Shown here piece after piece: positions 1 to 14,267 of a stretch of DNA of 64,000 nucleotides. The translations under genes were made by a program, and so were the position numbers. The notes below the pieces were generated by a model that made no database searches, was not told the DNA's origin, and was given only the letters and a program-made list of their open reading frames with translations. Each line of letters begins with the position of its first letter. Within the stretch, counting starts at the first letter, position 1. Source of the DNA: Raja brachyura. Lineage: Eukaryota. Location of the stretch: assembly GCA_963514005.1 (NCBI GenBank), contig OY740795.1, positions 43,276,001-43,340,000 on the forward strand, written 5' to 3'.

Positions 1-174
1 AAAGGCAATGGAAGGAGATAGCTGTGGAGGCCAATGCCAGAAATTAAGCCTCAACAAGCTGGACATGGTGTAGTAATAATCTCAGTGGCCCCAAACATCA
101 GCAATCAGGGTAAGGATTTGACCATTGATTATATTGCCTGTACAACGCATCCAAAGAAGTGCCATACATTACAT

Positions 175-320
175 AGCAGCCTTCGCCTCATTGGCAATCA
201 CTCAAAGTCGAGTGTGACTGTCCTGCTGCGGGCAAAGTCCTTTCTGTGGGTCTTGAGAGGGCCGAAGCAGCTGATCCCGGAGCCACAGTCTCTATTGCAG
301 TGTGGGCATGGATGAGTTAC
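175..320 (-). mobile_element. Possible decayed RTE-type LINE 3' end
   Basis: gcagccttcg...agtcgag...ctgtgggtctt...gatcccggagccacagtctct resembles, from memory, the reverse complement of vertebrate RTE 3' termini; heavily diverged. Confidence 0.3.
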
Positions 321-1117
321 CTTTCACCCACAACCAAATCTCTCCCAATCATGACACAGGCCTAACCTCTACCATACCCTTAAACACTGAGGAATTCAAC
401 AGCCCTTAGACCCACCTCTTAGAACATATTTCACTGTTAGCATTATTTTTGACAAAGGAAACATTTATTACCCTTCCCAAATTGCCTCTGCCCAGAAAAT
501 CTTGGCCAGGCCATTTCAGAGTTAACTATGCAACTGAGGGTCTTGAGACGTACATGGGTAACTCATTTAGTGCTCAAGATGTGTTCCCGGGAAGGAGAAC
601 GCAAATAGAATCAGTGCTAAATGGGGCCACTATGTATAAGATGGGCTACTGATGGCTATGCAGGGAACCTGATCTGCCTGTAGCTGAACACTGCTGGGTC
701 AGTACCTGGTTGCCAAGAATCCTACAGTCTACTGGTACTCTTACAAGCACTGAATAGCCATGGCTTGATGTGAAGAGGCTGCCTTCAACGTTTAGTGTTG
801 GACAGGCCAAGGAGACCACTGTGGCCATTCAATGCTGACATATGGGCTAAAGCTAGGAATGACAGCACCTTCTACATGTATTAACAGTCTGGACAGATCT
901 TACTGCCTCTCCCAACATTTCCTGCTGGATGTGATGGAAGCTGCTCTTTCCCCCTCTCATTGTTTGGCTGCAAAGCTCTCTCTGGTCCAGAGAGCTCTCC
1001 ATGATGAGAAGTTCAATGTTGGTCCCTGGTTTTTGAACTGTGCAGCTAAACCCAGAGAGGCAAAGACCGCACCGTCCATCACATCCGTGATAGAGTTCGT
1101 AGGTTGTGGAGAAGGGT

Positions 1118-1222
1118 TGAAGTCCGAAGAAGGGTCTCGACCCGAAATGTCACCAATTTTCTTCTCACCAGAGATGCTGCCTGTCCTGCTGAGTTACTCC
1201 AGCATTTTGTGTCGATCTTCGT
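1118..1222 (+). mobile_element. Penelope-derived terminal-repeat (pLTR) fragment
   Basis: gaagaagggtctcgacccgaaatgtcacc...gagatgctgcctgtcctgctgagttactccagcattttgtgtc; the same motif recurs more than 12 times here and lies at the end of the Penelope endonuclease-bearing copy at 14520-16257. Confidence 0.75.
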
Positions 1223-1559
1223 AGGATGTGGCTGATCTATCATCATGTGTACAGTCATTCCCCAGCAATGGCCCACAACCCAAGCTTCATATCTCAACAG
1301 CAAGTGGTAATGTTGATTGCCGCAGTCCACCCATCACTGGCTCTCACAGGCATTCGCTCCACTGTAAGCGTGAATAAGTCAGTGCTGCAAGAGGACTGGC
1401 GATGGACATCAGGTTGCATCTGGTTCCTGGCAAAACAGCACACGGCCCAAACAGATCTCGTTGAAATACAATGAGTACATAACTGTGTGTGTACAGATCT
1501 GAGAATAAAGAATGCTACAGTGAATCAGGAGTCTGCTGGGCAGTGATATGCCAGCACGA

Positions 1560-2045
1560 GAGTATTGATCAGACCACGTAAGGATGTGTTCCTATGAAGA
1601 CCATTTGTGATCCAAACAGGCTTTTGTGACAATGTAGTAATTTTGTACAAAAACACTTTGCTTTTCATACACAGATTTACTACTACAATCTTGCACCATT
1701 CTACTGTTTTGCACTCACTGTTATCTTGATCATTACTGTATGTGTACCGTTTACTCTGTGAGCTTTATGTGAACAAGGAATTTCATTGCACCTAAGGCAG
1801 ACAGAAAATGCTGGAGTAATTCAGCGGGACAGGCAGCATCTCTGGAGAAAAGGAATGGGTGACGATTTGGGTCTAGACCTAAAACATCACCCATTCCTTT
1901 TCTCCAGATATGTTGCCAATCCCGCTGAGTTACTCCAGCATTTTTTGTCTGTCTTCTATTACGGGATTCAGATTTGGTTTGCTGGATTTTTAGCCCAGGC
2001 CTTTGGATTACTTGTTCAGCAACTTAACCAGTTGGTTACCACCAT
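1560..2045 (-). mobile_element. Decayed tRNA-derived SINE interrupted by later insertions
   Basis: cagaccacgtaaggat...gatccaaacaggcttttgtgacaat and ...cccaggcctttggattacttgttcagcaacttaacc resemble the copy at 23420-23970. Confidence 0.35.
1799..1952. mobile_element. Inverted (foldback) pair of Penelope pLTR fragments
   Basis: aaaatgctggagtaattcagcgggacaggcagcatctctggag...gggtctagacct...tccagatatgttgccaatcccgctgagttactccagcatttt; arms are reverse complements around ~1875. Confidence 0.8.
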
Positions 2046-3859
2046 AGACAGCTGTAATAGCAATTCAGTGAAACAGGTTACATCACAATCACTAACAAAT
2101 AATCTCTGTTGCAGTCTAGTATGGCAAACAAGTAGAGACAGTCAGCAAGAGAGGGAACAGTTATGAGCGTGTGGGTTGCAGCCAGGGCTCATATTAGGGC
2201 CAACTTGCCAGAGAGCACCAAAGTCCTCATCTGAGTCCTATACAGCTTACGGGTTCTGCTATATAGATTTCTATGACAGGTGGACAATGGAATTGGGCTG
2301 ATTGGTATTTACAGAGAAATGCTTGACGACACTCGGATTTTCACCATGCCAATGCCCTTTGCAGTTGTCTGTCCACCTGCCAGGCCAAACTGATTCCATT
2401 TCAAACATCAGGTCCAGATCAGGTCAATTCACCCTCCAAAATCATTTAGGAAGTCATAAAGCTGGTCTGCCCTAAATGTGCCATAAATTCGACCAGTGTT
2501 ATTGCTCTCTGAAATGTCTAATAAACATTGGCCTAGTCTAGATATGCTATTCATATGAATAAATAAATACATTCATTGTACTCATCTAGTTCTCCATAGA
2601 CTTCGCTGATGGTGATGATCTGCCTTCCACTACCCCTTTATTCCTCCTGTTCCTCCTGTTCCCCCATTCACCCTGAAGCTGGTGACAATGGTGTGGTCAT
2701 GAAGTGCAAGCAGACTTCCAGACCTGCGATACTGAGTTCTTTGGGGCTATCCTGGCAGTGCGCGGATTGCTTCATGATCCAATCAACTGCTCTTTCAGAT
2801 GTACGTGGCAGCGCGGTTTTGATTGTAGGAAGGATTCAAGTGCCATGAGCCACATTACGTGCCCGTAGTAGTAACTCTTTGGTTTGTTGCAGTTGGCCAA
2901 TTGGAGCCAGGCCATTGCAGAATAAAGGCATTATGATTCGAGACACAATACCAGGGGCTGCGCTGAATGATTCACTGGCGATAGCCATACCAGCAGAATA
3001 CCAAGGGGGTGGAATCTCTTGCCCGGCAATGAAACAAAATGAATTTTGTTTCATTGAGAGGGTTTACAGATGATCAGTGGCATGTGGACGTTTCCTCCAA
3101 TCCTTACAGTCTTATAATCCAGCAAAGTCACGTATTGGTTCCACCTTTTGGTTTCTGAGAAGAGAGTAAAAATTAAGCCTCTTTTGAATAAAGGTCACCA
3201 TTGACGTCCCAATGTAACAAGAGTTGTCAAAGTGCGTAACAAGGCAAACAGTGTCATCTTGGAGGGTGCCATGAAAGATCAAAGTTCCACCTCATGGACA
3301 CCTTGATTGGCATTGACAATGGAGCTCTTGCCTTGCTCTTGAATTGTGGTAAGGCTGCAACATGTGGTAGATTTCACTAATGGCAATGCAACAAGTACTT
3401 CACACCTTTCTCCCCTGAAGTTCAGGGAAGAGAATTAAATCCTGAACATCCTAGTCTTTGAATGAGAAGAATTCTTCAGGCCTCCCTTCAGCTCCCTCTC
3501 CCAGGAACCTGTCCAGTTTTGAGAGCCTCTATTAATTCTCCCAGCCACGCTGCTGCCCAAGGCATGTTGTCACTCAATCCACCCATATCTGGGAATACCT
3601 GATCTGACTGTAGTCACCACCGGCCCGATCACTTCCCTTGTATTTTGAAAGTTCAAACTGATCTATAAATAACCAAAAACTTTGAGAATTGTAACAGCAA
3701 CAAGAATAAATTAATCAGCTACTGCCCTGAAAGTAATGAATGATACCCTTAAATAGCACAACTTGGGAGAACCATTCTGCTGCAGGCAACAGAGTTACGT
3801 AAAACTACTACAAATGCTAGAGTCTGAAATAAAACACGTTGTTGGTCAAACTTGGTGAC

Positions 3860-4035
3860 TTAGAAACATAGGTACATAGAAAATAGATGCAGGAGTAGGC
3901 CATTTGGCCCTTCGAGCCAGCACCGCCATTCAATATGATCATGCCTGATCATTCAAAATCAGTGCCCTGTTCCTGATTTCTCCCCATATCCCTTGATTCT
4001 GTTAGCCCTAAGAACTATATCTAACTCTCTCTTAA
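3860..4035 (-). mobile_element. CR1 LINE 3' UTR fragment
   Basis: aggagtaggccatttggcccttcgagccagcaccgccattcaatatgatcatg matches the 3' UTR of the CR1 copy at 34682-35302. Confidence 0.75.
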
Positions 4036-4520
4036 GGAGCTGCTGGGAGGCAAAGAGACAGTGAAATCTTTCGATCAAGACATGATGCAGAGTCTCAACA
4101 CAAAATGTCAACTAAACATTTGCTTCCACGAATGCTGCTCGACCTGCTAAGCTCCTTCTGCAGTTCGGATATTTTGCTGCTTAAATCCCATTATTCAACT
4201 AAATGATTCAAAGGGAGGATGTTGGTTGTACTTTTAAAATCACAAATGACAGTGCTGACACCAAATCAGCATTTGACTTTGCTGGAGGCCTCCAAACAAT
4301 GACTCTTCCATGAGGTGAATTCAGCAGGTTGTGAATCGTGACAACGTTTCCGAGGAATGTGAGGCTCCATCTCTGGACCATCTTCATGGACCCTGGACAT
4401 GGATCAGGCTGTTTTTGAATGTCTCTGGAATTCTGTTATAGTTCAAAGTTTTATTATACCAATAACAACTATTGGAGAATGAATTACAACTAACAAATTA
4501 AATGGAGTAGAAACACATTA

Positions 4521-4802
4521 ATTTAGTTTAGTTTAGTTTAGTTTAGAGATATAGCACAGAAGCCCATACACTAACACTGTCCTACACATTATGGGCAATT
4601 TACAATGTTTACCGATGCCAAATAACCTACAAACCAGTTGGTCTTTGAAGTGTAGGAGGAAACTGGAGCAGCCGGAGAAAACCTGCGGTCATCCGGAGAA
4701 TGGTACATTCTCCATCCATCCAAACAGTACCCTTAGCCAGGATTGAACCCAGGTATCTGGTGCTGCAAGGCGGAAACTGTACCGCTGCGCCACCGTGGTG
4801 CC
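4521..4802 (-). mobile_element. V-domain tRNA SINE (HE1-like)
   Basis: (tttag)n tail, V-domain-like acctacaaacc...tctttgaagtgtaggaggaaac, tRNA-like head gattgaacccagg...accgctgcgccaccgtg. Confidence 0.75.
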
Positions 4803-5789
4803 CAATTAATACACATTAAATAAATGTAAGCAAAGAGACTTGGCAGTGCTTTTCATTTTATGGTCACATGAAGGACTGCCACTTGTATGCTAACCATGGC
4901 TAAGGCAAAGCTGAAGAGCCAAATGTAAAAAGCACCTGGTCCATCAATGTAGCACACTCCAGAGCTGCCGTCAGACTCAGCCACATTGCAAATGGGTCAT
5001 TGGATGTGCTGTCATTGTACCTCCAGTGCATTTCTTACTCTGCCCTCCAGTATGAATACACATTGAATAGCAAGAGGCAGAAGTTGCTTATAGATAGAAT
5101 GGCCAATATTTCTGTACCCAGATTTATGAGATAATTGCTAGCATGCTCACAGCACAAAACATTAAAAAAAAGAAAAGCAATTAGCATTGTACACGATTTC
5201 ATGCTTTGGACTCACATTTACAAAAATTCCCCAGTGATTCAATGTTCTGGGTTTTTTAGATTGTTACTTTCTATTTTATTAAAGGCCTCCTGACCTACAT
5301 CAGCCTCATGCATCTACTTGATCTACAGTTGTCAAAGAATTCTGAAAAATACAATCTGCTTCTTCATATTTCCTCTCCAGGCTGCCTTTTGAGCAGTTTT
5401 GCCCTTCAGTTATCCTTGGCATCTGCAGTTGGTACTTGTTATTCTTAGGGTGACTCATCAGGCCATTGAAGAGCCCAGATCTTCAAAGTTTTAGAATATT
5501 TAGGGATCATGGTATCACTCATACATTTTGTGTTAAAGTTCACATTGAAACCTACAGTAGGATCAAGAGCAAAGGAAAACAACAATGTGTTTCAGACTCC
5601 ATGCCTTACTGAAAAACGCGTTAAAATGGTACATTGCAGAGGCCAATGCTATCTTGACCCAGAGCTGATGAAACCTTGATATAAGTAGTGGCAGTGAGCA
5701 AGTGGCGTAATTCCTGGACATGGTTAATCGCTTTAAGTGCATTTAGATGCAGGAGTTGCTCATCAACCACAAACTAGCCCATGTAACCT

Positions 5790-5918
5790 GTCTGAAGAAA
5801 GGTCTCGACCCAAAACGTTGCCTATTTCCTTTGCTGCATAGATGCTGCCTCACCCGCTGAGTTTCTCCAGCACTTTTGTCTACCTTCAATTTTCCAGCAT
5901 CTGCAGTTCCTTCTTAAA
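5790..5918 (+). mobile_element. Penelope pLTR fragment with hammerhead-like core
   Basis: gtctgaagaaaggtctcgacccaaaacgttgcctatttcc...gagtttctccagcacttttgtctacc...ccagcatctgcagttcc. Confidence 0.75.
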
Positions 5919-7260
5919 CGTGTAACCTGCCAGTGTGACTTGATCTCTTAAATCAATGGTTTGCAACTGGAATTGCTGGTTGACATAATGGGACAGTTAC
6001 AAGAGCACATCCCTGATGATTGCCTTAGGGTCATGGAAACAAGGACCTTCCTTCTCGGACTTGGACTGGAGATCAGAGGCAAGGAAGTGGACACCAGTGA
6101 CCCTTGAGGAAGAATTGTGCTCAGTTCTTCATCGACTAAAAAAATGTAGGTCTGATTTGAGAAACGATCAGAGATTTTGTCCATTGGTGCATACGAGTTG
6201 AATTTATTGATGTATTTTGTAATGGACCCATCAACAGTGATGCAAGCAAGGTGTGGCCTTTTGAGTGCCACATGAACAGATCTGCTTCCTTGTTCTGGAC
6301 GTACAGCTGTGGTTCCATTTACTTGCAGCAAATATCTGCTGATTGATGGCTGGAGTATCTTGCTGTGTAATATATAGTAATGTACAGTATATAAGCACTT
6401 TGCTTGCACATTACAGCATTATGCGCTTCTCACAGTAAAATCCCAATTGTATTTAGCAGTGGATTTTACCCAATCAAATAAGTATCACAGTAGGTTAAAA
6501 CAAAACATACGCTATGCAGTTGAATTTCCAGACACAAAAATCTTTAAACTGTCAAGTGCAAAACTGATATATCCTTGCGCAATATTTTCTTCTTGATTTC
6601 CCATTGTGATGTGAGCTGCATCTCTGCATCTTTGCCCTTACTTTACCTCTGAGGAGTACACAACAGCTTGTATTTAAAATGAGAACCAAACTCCTGGAAA
6701 ATCTTTTGCTAAGCTTTATTTTCTTTGAGATTTGGTAAGTCATTCCAATGCACAGCCATAAGCCTTCCAGCAGCAGGAGATGTGCTGTTCAGTAAGTTAT
6801 TACAGGGTAATTTTAACCACATTTGCTCATTCACAATGTGGTGAACATTTATTTATTACTGGATTTAATGTGTCCTGGCAGAAGCTAGCATTCATTTACC
6901 AGCCCTTGGCACATGGTTCATCTATAACTTCTTCCAAATGTTGTGAATGAGGTAGTGACTTGATGCTAGCATTTAGGTTCCTCTTAGGCTCCACTTTTAC
7001 GCAGACATCCTCTGATCACTGGAGTTGGGTGGCTCATTGACTACAGAGAGGAAAACAAGCTGCATCTAAGTTTTGATATTTATAGCAAAGTAGAGATTGG
7101 GAGGCAAACAATTGAAGCATATTACACCATTGCTCTCCGTCTTTGTGCTTCGAATTGCAACCATGGCCCTATTTACAGGATTAAGTATATTGTCCAACCA
7201 GAGATCATGAGACCACCGGGGCCTGGTCAAAAACAGTCCAAATTAAACTTCAAACATTTA

Positions 7261-7460
7261 CATAGAACATAGAACAGTACAGCACAGAGACAGACACTTC
7301 GGCCCACAGTGTCTGAGCCAAACATGATGCTATACAAAGAGCTTATCAGCCTGCATATGATCCATGTCCTTCCGATCCCTGCACATCCATGTGCCTATCA
7401 TAAAGCCTCTTAAACACAACTATCGTAGCTGTCTCCACCACCCCCCTGGCAGTGCGTTAC
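7261..7460 (-). mobile_element. CR1 3' UTR fragment
   Basis: catagaacatagaacagtacagcacag...cttcggcccaca; typical CR1 3' tail repeats in reverse orientation. Confidence 0.65.
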
Positions 7461-8119
7461 TTTTGGAAGATTAAGGTTCTTCTGCTTTTGAGATGTCCAG
7501 TTGTCCCTAGCAAGTGAGCTATGTCAGAGCAAAGGATCTCCCTTCTCTCTTTATGGTAAAGTACCATATCAATAAAGTACCATACCTTCAAGCTTGTCTT
7601 ATGGTGGGTGCACTTCCAGCAGTATCACATCCAGGGCTCAGCCAGTGTAAACACCTAAACTCTAAAAAAAACACTGGTTTTAACATCACTTGAATATGAA
7701 GAATGTTACATTGATATGCTTTTAAATGTATTTGGCGCTCCTGAGTATTAATAATTCAGACATGCACCTCTGCCCCTATTTTGAAGATATCAATTTAACA
7801 ACATGATTTTTCACTGTACATTCACATACTGTATGTAGTGAAGTTTCAATGTATATTCACATATGGAGAAGGTTGGAGTATTTGCTCTTGAACCAGCAGC
7901 ATCGGTATTTCCATTTCTTCATTGGCACAGTTGTTGCTTTACTGGGGAAAGCATGGGATAGTTTGGAAGATCACAATTGATGCTCTTTGCTCTGCCCTTT
8001 GATTCTAAAGAGAGGAAAAGGGGACAGTGGGAATTATACCTTCTCGATTAATGGAAAGCTGAAATACCAACATTAACAATAATAAGAACGGACTGTTTCT
8101 GCTCAAAAATGAAGCTGCA

Positions 8120-8290
8120 TAGCAACAGCTTGCATTTATATGGAATCTTTAATATTGTGCACCATTCCTCTGTTGGTGCTTTAACAAGAATATTATCAAA
8201 CCTAAGTTTGATCCAATGTTTCGTTAAAGAGCTAGGTTTTAAGAAGCATCTTAAAGAAAGAGAGAGAAATGGAAAAGACAGGGATGGTTT
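8120..8290 (-). mobile_element. L2 LINE 3' end, decayed
   Basis: caacagcttgcatttatat...ggttttaagaagcatcttaaag resembles the reverse complement of vertebrate L2 3' ends. Confidence 0.45.
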
Positions 8291-8304
8291 ACCCTCTTTA
8301 GTTG

Positions 8305-8540
8305 GAGAGTAGTTAATCTGTGGAACTCATTGCCACAGAGGGCTGTGGTGGTCAAGTCAGTGAATATTTTTAAGGCAGAGATATAAATATTCTTGATTAG
8401 AATAGGTGTCAAGGGTTATGGGAGAAGGTCTGGAAAATGGGATTAGGAGGCAGAGATCAGTCATGATTGAATGGCGGAGTAGACTCGATGGGCCGCAGGG
8501 CCTAATTCTACTCCTATAACTTGCGAACGTGAACTTGTGA
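8305..8540 (+). mobile_element. CR1 3' end
   Basis: gtagttaatctgtggaactcattgccacagagggctgtgg (RVV-LWN-LP motif) followed by gattgaatggcggagtagactcgatgggcc 3' UTR. Confidence 0.8.
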
Positions 8541-9162
8541 ATTTATCTCTGGTGGTAATGGTAAACATGGCAACACCATGTTATCCAATCCTAAAACTAA
8601 ATTCACAGTTCAGAAGCATAGTGGAATGCATCACTGTTACAAAAATAATGCATTTAGCACTGACAATTGGGTGAAATTCGAGGTGTTTGTGTTTTTATTG
8701 AATTACGTTTTACAGGCCTTTCTTCGGGCAGATAAAACAGAATCATTCACTGGAAGGATACTCCAAAGATTTTTCAATGGTAAAATTAAAAATAAACACA
8801 GGCAGGGATGTAGAGGAGTTGGTAACAGGAGAGCAATATATTCAGGAAGCATTGAGATTGGATTTCTGTTTTAAAAGCTGCATCACTTGCCTTATAATAA
8901 ATAAGATATCATACTCCAAGGTCAGCCCATGTAACCAAATATAAAGTGCAATCAGAAAAATGGAATGTATTGTGAAAGAAGCTATTTGGTATTTTTCTTT
9001 TTTGCCCTTAAAACTACTATTCTGTCGATTTTAAGCAAAGGAAACTGCATAGTTTCACCTTGAAATGATTCCACGTGTCCAAACACTAATGGTTGGTGAT
9101 GTGATCGAGTAGGGGAGGAAGGGGTCAGAGGGGCAATCCGGTGTGGGACAGGAAAGCAATCC

Positions 9163-9297
9163 GATGGGTGAGGTGGGCTAAAGATGCGGCATGTTGAGGG
9201 GGCTGCTATTGTGTGTGTGGGGTGGGATGGGTGAGGTGGGCTGAAGATTCAGCGTGTTGAGGGGGGTGCTATTGCAATTGTGTGTGGGGTGAGATGA
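9163..9297. repeat. Two-copy ~62-bp imperfect tandem repeat
   Basis: gatgggtgaggtgggct(a/g)aagat...tgttgaggggg..tgctattg...tgtgtggggtg occurs twice. Confidence 0.7.
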
Positions 9298-10334
9298 TCG
9301 ATGCTATCTGATTTCAGAATGTTTCAAAATGTTCCCTACATAATATTGGAACCCAAACAACATCCGACACTGGTGTGGTTGGATCTGAATGTGTGGCAAG
9401 AATGAGCATTGAGAAAAGAGCTGGAAGACCAACTTGACGGAAGACCTACAGATCAGATTCTGCAACCAAGACAGGATGATCCTCTTTAATGGCAAAGAAG
9501 CAAAACACAACTGTCATGTTAATGCTTGTTTCCATGCTACCGGGCCATGTATGCACAACTGAATGTAGTGCAATTGACACTAAAATATGTGCAACTTGGT
9601 AATGCACTTCACTGTGCATGTTCACTGACCTCCATGTGTAGGTGCATCGTATGTCGGGCCAACCCTGAACAAGTTTAGTCAACTGGGAAATCTACACAAT
9701 TGTATATTAAACTTCTTCATGTAGAACAAGCAAAGTTTGTGTTGTGTAAAAAAAATGTTCACACCAATGATTTTACAATCAGTAAAAGTGAAAGCTCCAC
9801 ATACTTGGAAGTATTTCATTGATTCATATTTTTGTGTGTATTCTTCTCATATTAATCAACTCTTCCGTTTAAAGGTTTTATGCGCAGAATATGTTTTCCT
9901 GTTTTTGAATAACTTTTATGTGCTTTCCAAGGCAATGCTCACAGATAGTTATGTAACGTCCCTTCCATTCCTGCTTCGTGTCCAACGTTCCAACCTGTGA
10001 GAAATTGTGACGTACATGGTGCAGGATAAATGATGCCTTTTCAATGAAAAAATATATTGTTCTACGCAACCTTTAGCTTTGTTCATGTACATTCCATTAA
10101 TAAATAAAATTTGATACGTTAGTGTAGTTGAAGTAATCATTAGTAATGAAGATTTTTGGTTAACTTGAACAATAGAGAGAAAGTCAGAAAGGCTTTGGTC
10201 ATGATGGCTAATAAGTTTAAACATGTAATCAGCTGAATTAACCAACAGCGAAGCTTGTTTGCCAATGATAAAAGAATATTATAAGCATTGTGGAAATGAA
10301 GACAATGAATAAATTATTGTTAATGTTAGCGGGT

Positions 10335-10605
10335 CATAGAGTCATACAGTGTGAAAATGCCCCTCGCCCAACTTTAACATGCCGACCACAATGCCCCAAC
10401 TACACTTGTCCCACTTGTTTGCATTTGGCCCATTTCCCTCTTAATCTAACCCATCCATCTACCCATCCAAATATTTTGTAAATGTTGCAATAGTCCTGCC
10501 TCAAATACCTCCTCCGTCAGCTCGTTCCACACACCCACTAAACTTTGTGTAAAATAGTTGCCCCTCAGGTTCCTATTAAATCTTTCCCCTTTCACCTTAA
10601 ACCTA
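10335..10605 (-). mobile_element. CR1 3' end
   Basis: ORF track RFKVKGERFNRNLRGNYFTQSLVGVWNEL is the CR1 ORF2 C-terminus; catagagtcata tail. Confidence 0.85.
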
Positions 10606-13042
10606 TAATTGGTATGTCCATGCGTGTTCTGCCAGTCATTAAAATGATGCATCAGTGGGCTTTGTCATGTTAATGTATCACCTGTATTGGGGATATTTAG
10701 TAAAGGGAACATCAATTCGATGCAGTGAAAGATCAATTGATCCCTGTCCTCCAGAACCTTTATTCAGGCAAAAATGAATGACCAGATGTTCAACTCAAAT
10801 GACTTGGGAAATTATGGATTATTTTTGGCTTTTTGACAAATATGTTATGTACCAAAACTAATAGCTATACAAAGACTGGCTATATTTGGAATTAACTCTG
10901 AAAACTACACACTAATATTTTGCGGTATATTGATTTGGTACAATTACACCCATCAGCCACTAACCAATTTATTCTTTGGATATTATGTATTTTATTTTAG
11001 GCACGGCAGCAGAGTTCAACATTTTAATTAAGAATTATCTGTTTCCACTTAATGCATCAAATGCCTTGTTCCTTGTCTACTAAGGAATGATGTGAATGTG
11101 AAGCCGAGAGACAATGTATATAATTTACTTATAATTTAAATATTATTCTGTCATTTAATATTGTGTGGGGTGGTGCTCCCATGGGCATTTGCAAATGGCT
11201 CTATGCTTTCCTGTAACAAAGCAGCCTCCCAAACTGCAAACTAAATCCATGGAGGAAAAGTGCATCAAAATGCAAATATTTCTGAAAGGGCTCAGAATTG
11301 GATGCACTTTTGCCTTGATTAATTAACTCATTGCAAAGCTCATTACTTTTGCAGCTAAAATAATTTCACAGTGTTTAACGTGGCATTCTTTCTGCAAGGA
11401 TGTCTCGACTCTAAAAATTTCGAACGCTCACAAGAAAGGAATAAAAGTGCAGTCGGACATCGTAAATCATGCTACAAGCAAAAATGAAGCGTAATCTTGC
11501 TGAACGTAGACGTCATTGGAAAGGAACCAGAAAGCAAACAAAATAAAGTGAAAGGTTGTGCTGAACAATTGAAAATTCTATGTGCTTTGCTGATGATCAC
11601 CAAGAAAGAATTGACCTGAGCATTATTAAAAATAAAACATTTTGATTCTCAAGATGAATAACGTCTGGATTGTGTCGGCTCCATAAAAGTGTTTACACAG
11701 ATTGCCTAAATATATTATGTATAAGGAGTGAAAGCCTTTAAACTCTTTTTAGTTAATGTACATAACAGTTTTTAAGCACCCACAACTGCAGTCCTGAACT
11801 AAAATATGGAACAGTTCATCTTATTTCTTGTGCATTGGAGTTGATTAAATGATCATGTGATAAAGGGTGAGCAAATGTCAATGTAATCTTTAGTATCTGG
11901 GAATGGGGACTTTGCACAACGTTGAAATGTAAACTATTCTCTTTTTCTCATAAAGAACATTTTGTTCTTATACCTTCATTTTTTCTCTGTGTAAGGCTAA
12001 TTATATGGTAATCAAGTGACTCTTGGTTATATTTTATTGGTGTTTCACTCAACATAATTTCACGTAGCGAAAACATGGTATAAAACAAAACCAGATGACA
12101 AAATGGAGTTTTCGCTAGCATGCAATGCATTCAACTGTAATTTTACACTGTAAAGTGCTAAGAAGCTCATTCAATAAAATAAATTTGGTATTCACCAAGG
12201 CCAGTCTAAATCTCTTTTGCAAACATTTCAGGTTTGAAAATTGGCCTTAAAGGAAAACAGCTGATGGAAAATGAAAGGTATGCCAGGTGCTACTCAAACA
12301 GCTAACAATCTGACATTTGGCCCTGATATTTATGGAGGAGGTGTGTGTCTGCAGCCAGACATCCTGGGAATGCAGAGGTCTTGCCACATTTAGAGGCAAG
12401 TCCTCGTTAACATTTTATTCACTCAGTTTCTCGTCGGGAAGTTGGTCAAAATGTTTGGCTGTTGAGGAACTAACTTTGTGCTCAAAAGCTGGATCTGTGG
12501 ACTACTGGGCGCTGTCTCTGTAAACAGAAGATTGGGGGGAATGATGATTGTGGAGAGGGTGAGGGGCCTTGGAGCATGGCAGCGAGGAGTGAGGGGGGTT
12601 CAGATCAGTACGGGAATCAGTTGGGTGGAAGCGGTTAGGTTGGCAGATCAGGGGAAAGTATCAAAGTTCTCAGAGTCATATGCAGTTCAAAAGTAATCAC
12701 TGGGCGACCAGCAGGGCAGGAGGGCATGGATTTGCTAAAGTAATCAGGAAATGGACCCTTGCTCTTGTCTGGAGGCAGGTGCTTTCTATTCTACGTCAAG
12801 CACCTCCTGGTTTCTCTTCAGCTGCCAGGTATCCCGAGCCCTTGGAAATCAAGCGCTCTAAAGAATGGAGCTACATATGTGTTTCTTTTAAAGATCCCAA
12901 CTTTCCAGACCAGGCAACTTGATGTTCCCAAAACGGTGTCAATTAATGAAAATGGAAGAAACTGTAGATAATAGAAATCTGAAATTTAAAAAAAGGAAAA
13001 TTAGCACGTCAGGCATCATCTCCAAATAAAGAAACAGACTTA

Positions 13043-13577
13043 TGCCCCTGTCCCACTTAGGCGATTTTTTAGGCAACTACAAGCGACTACAGACGACTAG
13101 GCTGTCGCCACATGGTCGCCGGGGTGTCGCCTGTTTAGTCTCCTCAGTCGCCCAAAAAGTCGTACCTTTATTCTGGTCGCCACCGGATTTTGAAATGTTC
13201 AAAACTTTTCGGCGCCCGTGGGCTTGACGCCAACGATCGTAGCCTGACGTAGGTTCTCATCAGGATGACGTAGGTTGTCGCCGGTGCTGACTTTGGTGAA
13301 GTCCATTGGAAATTACCTACGTCACCTTACATCAACCGGTGACAGGTATCCGCGACTGAATTGTCTTACCTTGTCGTAGCTTAGGTGTGGTCGTAGGTGG
13401 ATGTCCTATGGGTCGCCGGTTGTCGGTAGCTTGCCGCCGAATAGGAGGTAGGTTGTTGTAGACATTGTCGTAGGCATTGTCGTAGGGGGGTCCAATCGCC
13501 GTTTTTTCGGCGACCTGCTACGACTATGACAGTCACCGGCAGTAACCGAAAAAATTCACATAAGTGGGACAGGTCCA
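13043..13577. mobile_element. PIF/Harbinger-type MITE
   Basis: TIRs tgcccctgtcccactt / aagtgggacaggtcca (14/16), TTA at 13040-13042 and 13578-13580, CpG-rich non-coding interior. Confidence 0.85.
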
Positions 13578-14267
13578 TTAATGTGTCATGTCAAAGTTCT
13601 GACAACATGAGTCATAGGCACGGCAACATGAAACATCTCTTTCTCTTTCCACAGATGTTGCCTAACCAGATGACAACATTGAGTTTTAGCTAGTGTGCAA
13701 TGTATCCAACTATAATTTTGGATGTTCCCAGCATTTTTTGTTTATCTTTCTGCTTGAATTAAATCACAAATATGCTTATATTGATTGAATCTAGGATTCA
13801 CATGTCAAGCAAATCAGGGCACTCTCATGCTTGTCAAAAAAATCACCATATTTTATTCCAGTGTCCTGGCAAACTGAACAAATGTGCAAATTAAATAAAT
13901 GTTCTTCAAAATACTTCAAAAAATGTGTAAGGGTAGGATAACAATGAAATAAAGTTGAGCCAATACTAGGTCTAAAGTATGAAGAGCATTAACATTTAAT
14001 GGTAAACGGAAAAGATGTTATTTCACTGAATAAGCACAAAATGTCATAAGATGGTTGAAAACATTTATTTCTCAATTTAATGTTTTCCTGTACCACCACG
14101 TTTTCATTCATTAGATATTCATGTTAAAATGTATTTTGTGTGTTCTGTTGGTTTTTATTGGTATGACTGTATGGCAAATGAAATTCCTCGTATGTTGCAA
14201 AACATACTTGGCTAATAAAGTATTATTATGATATTGTTTTTAAAAGAACCTCATAAAGGCACAACTG

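Noticed and set aside
2190-3660. Moderately GC-rich stretch that may be an ancient LINE/LTR coding relic
   Set aside because: I could not recover any diagnostic RT, integrase or endonuclease motif by eye.
5948-6409. 153-aa minus-strand ORF
   Set aside because: No recognisable domain or splice context; possibly a very old TE relic.
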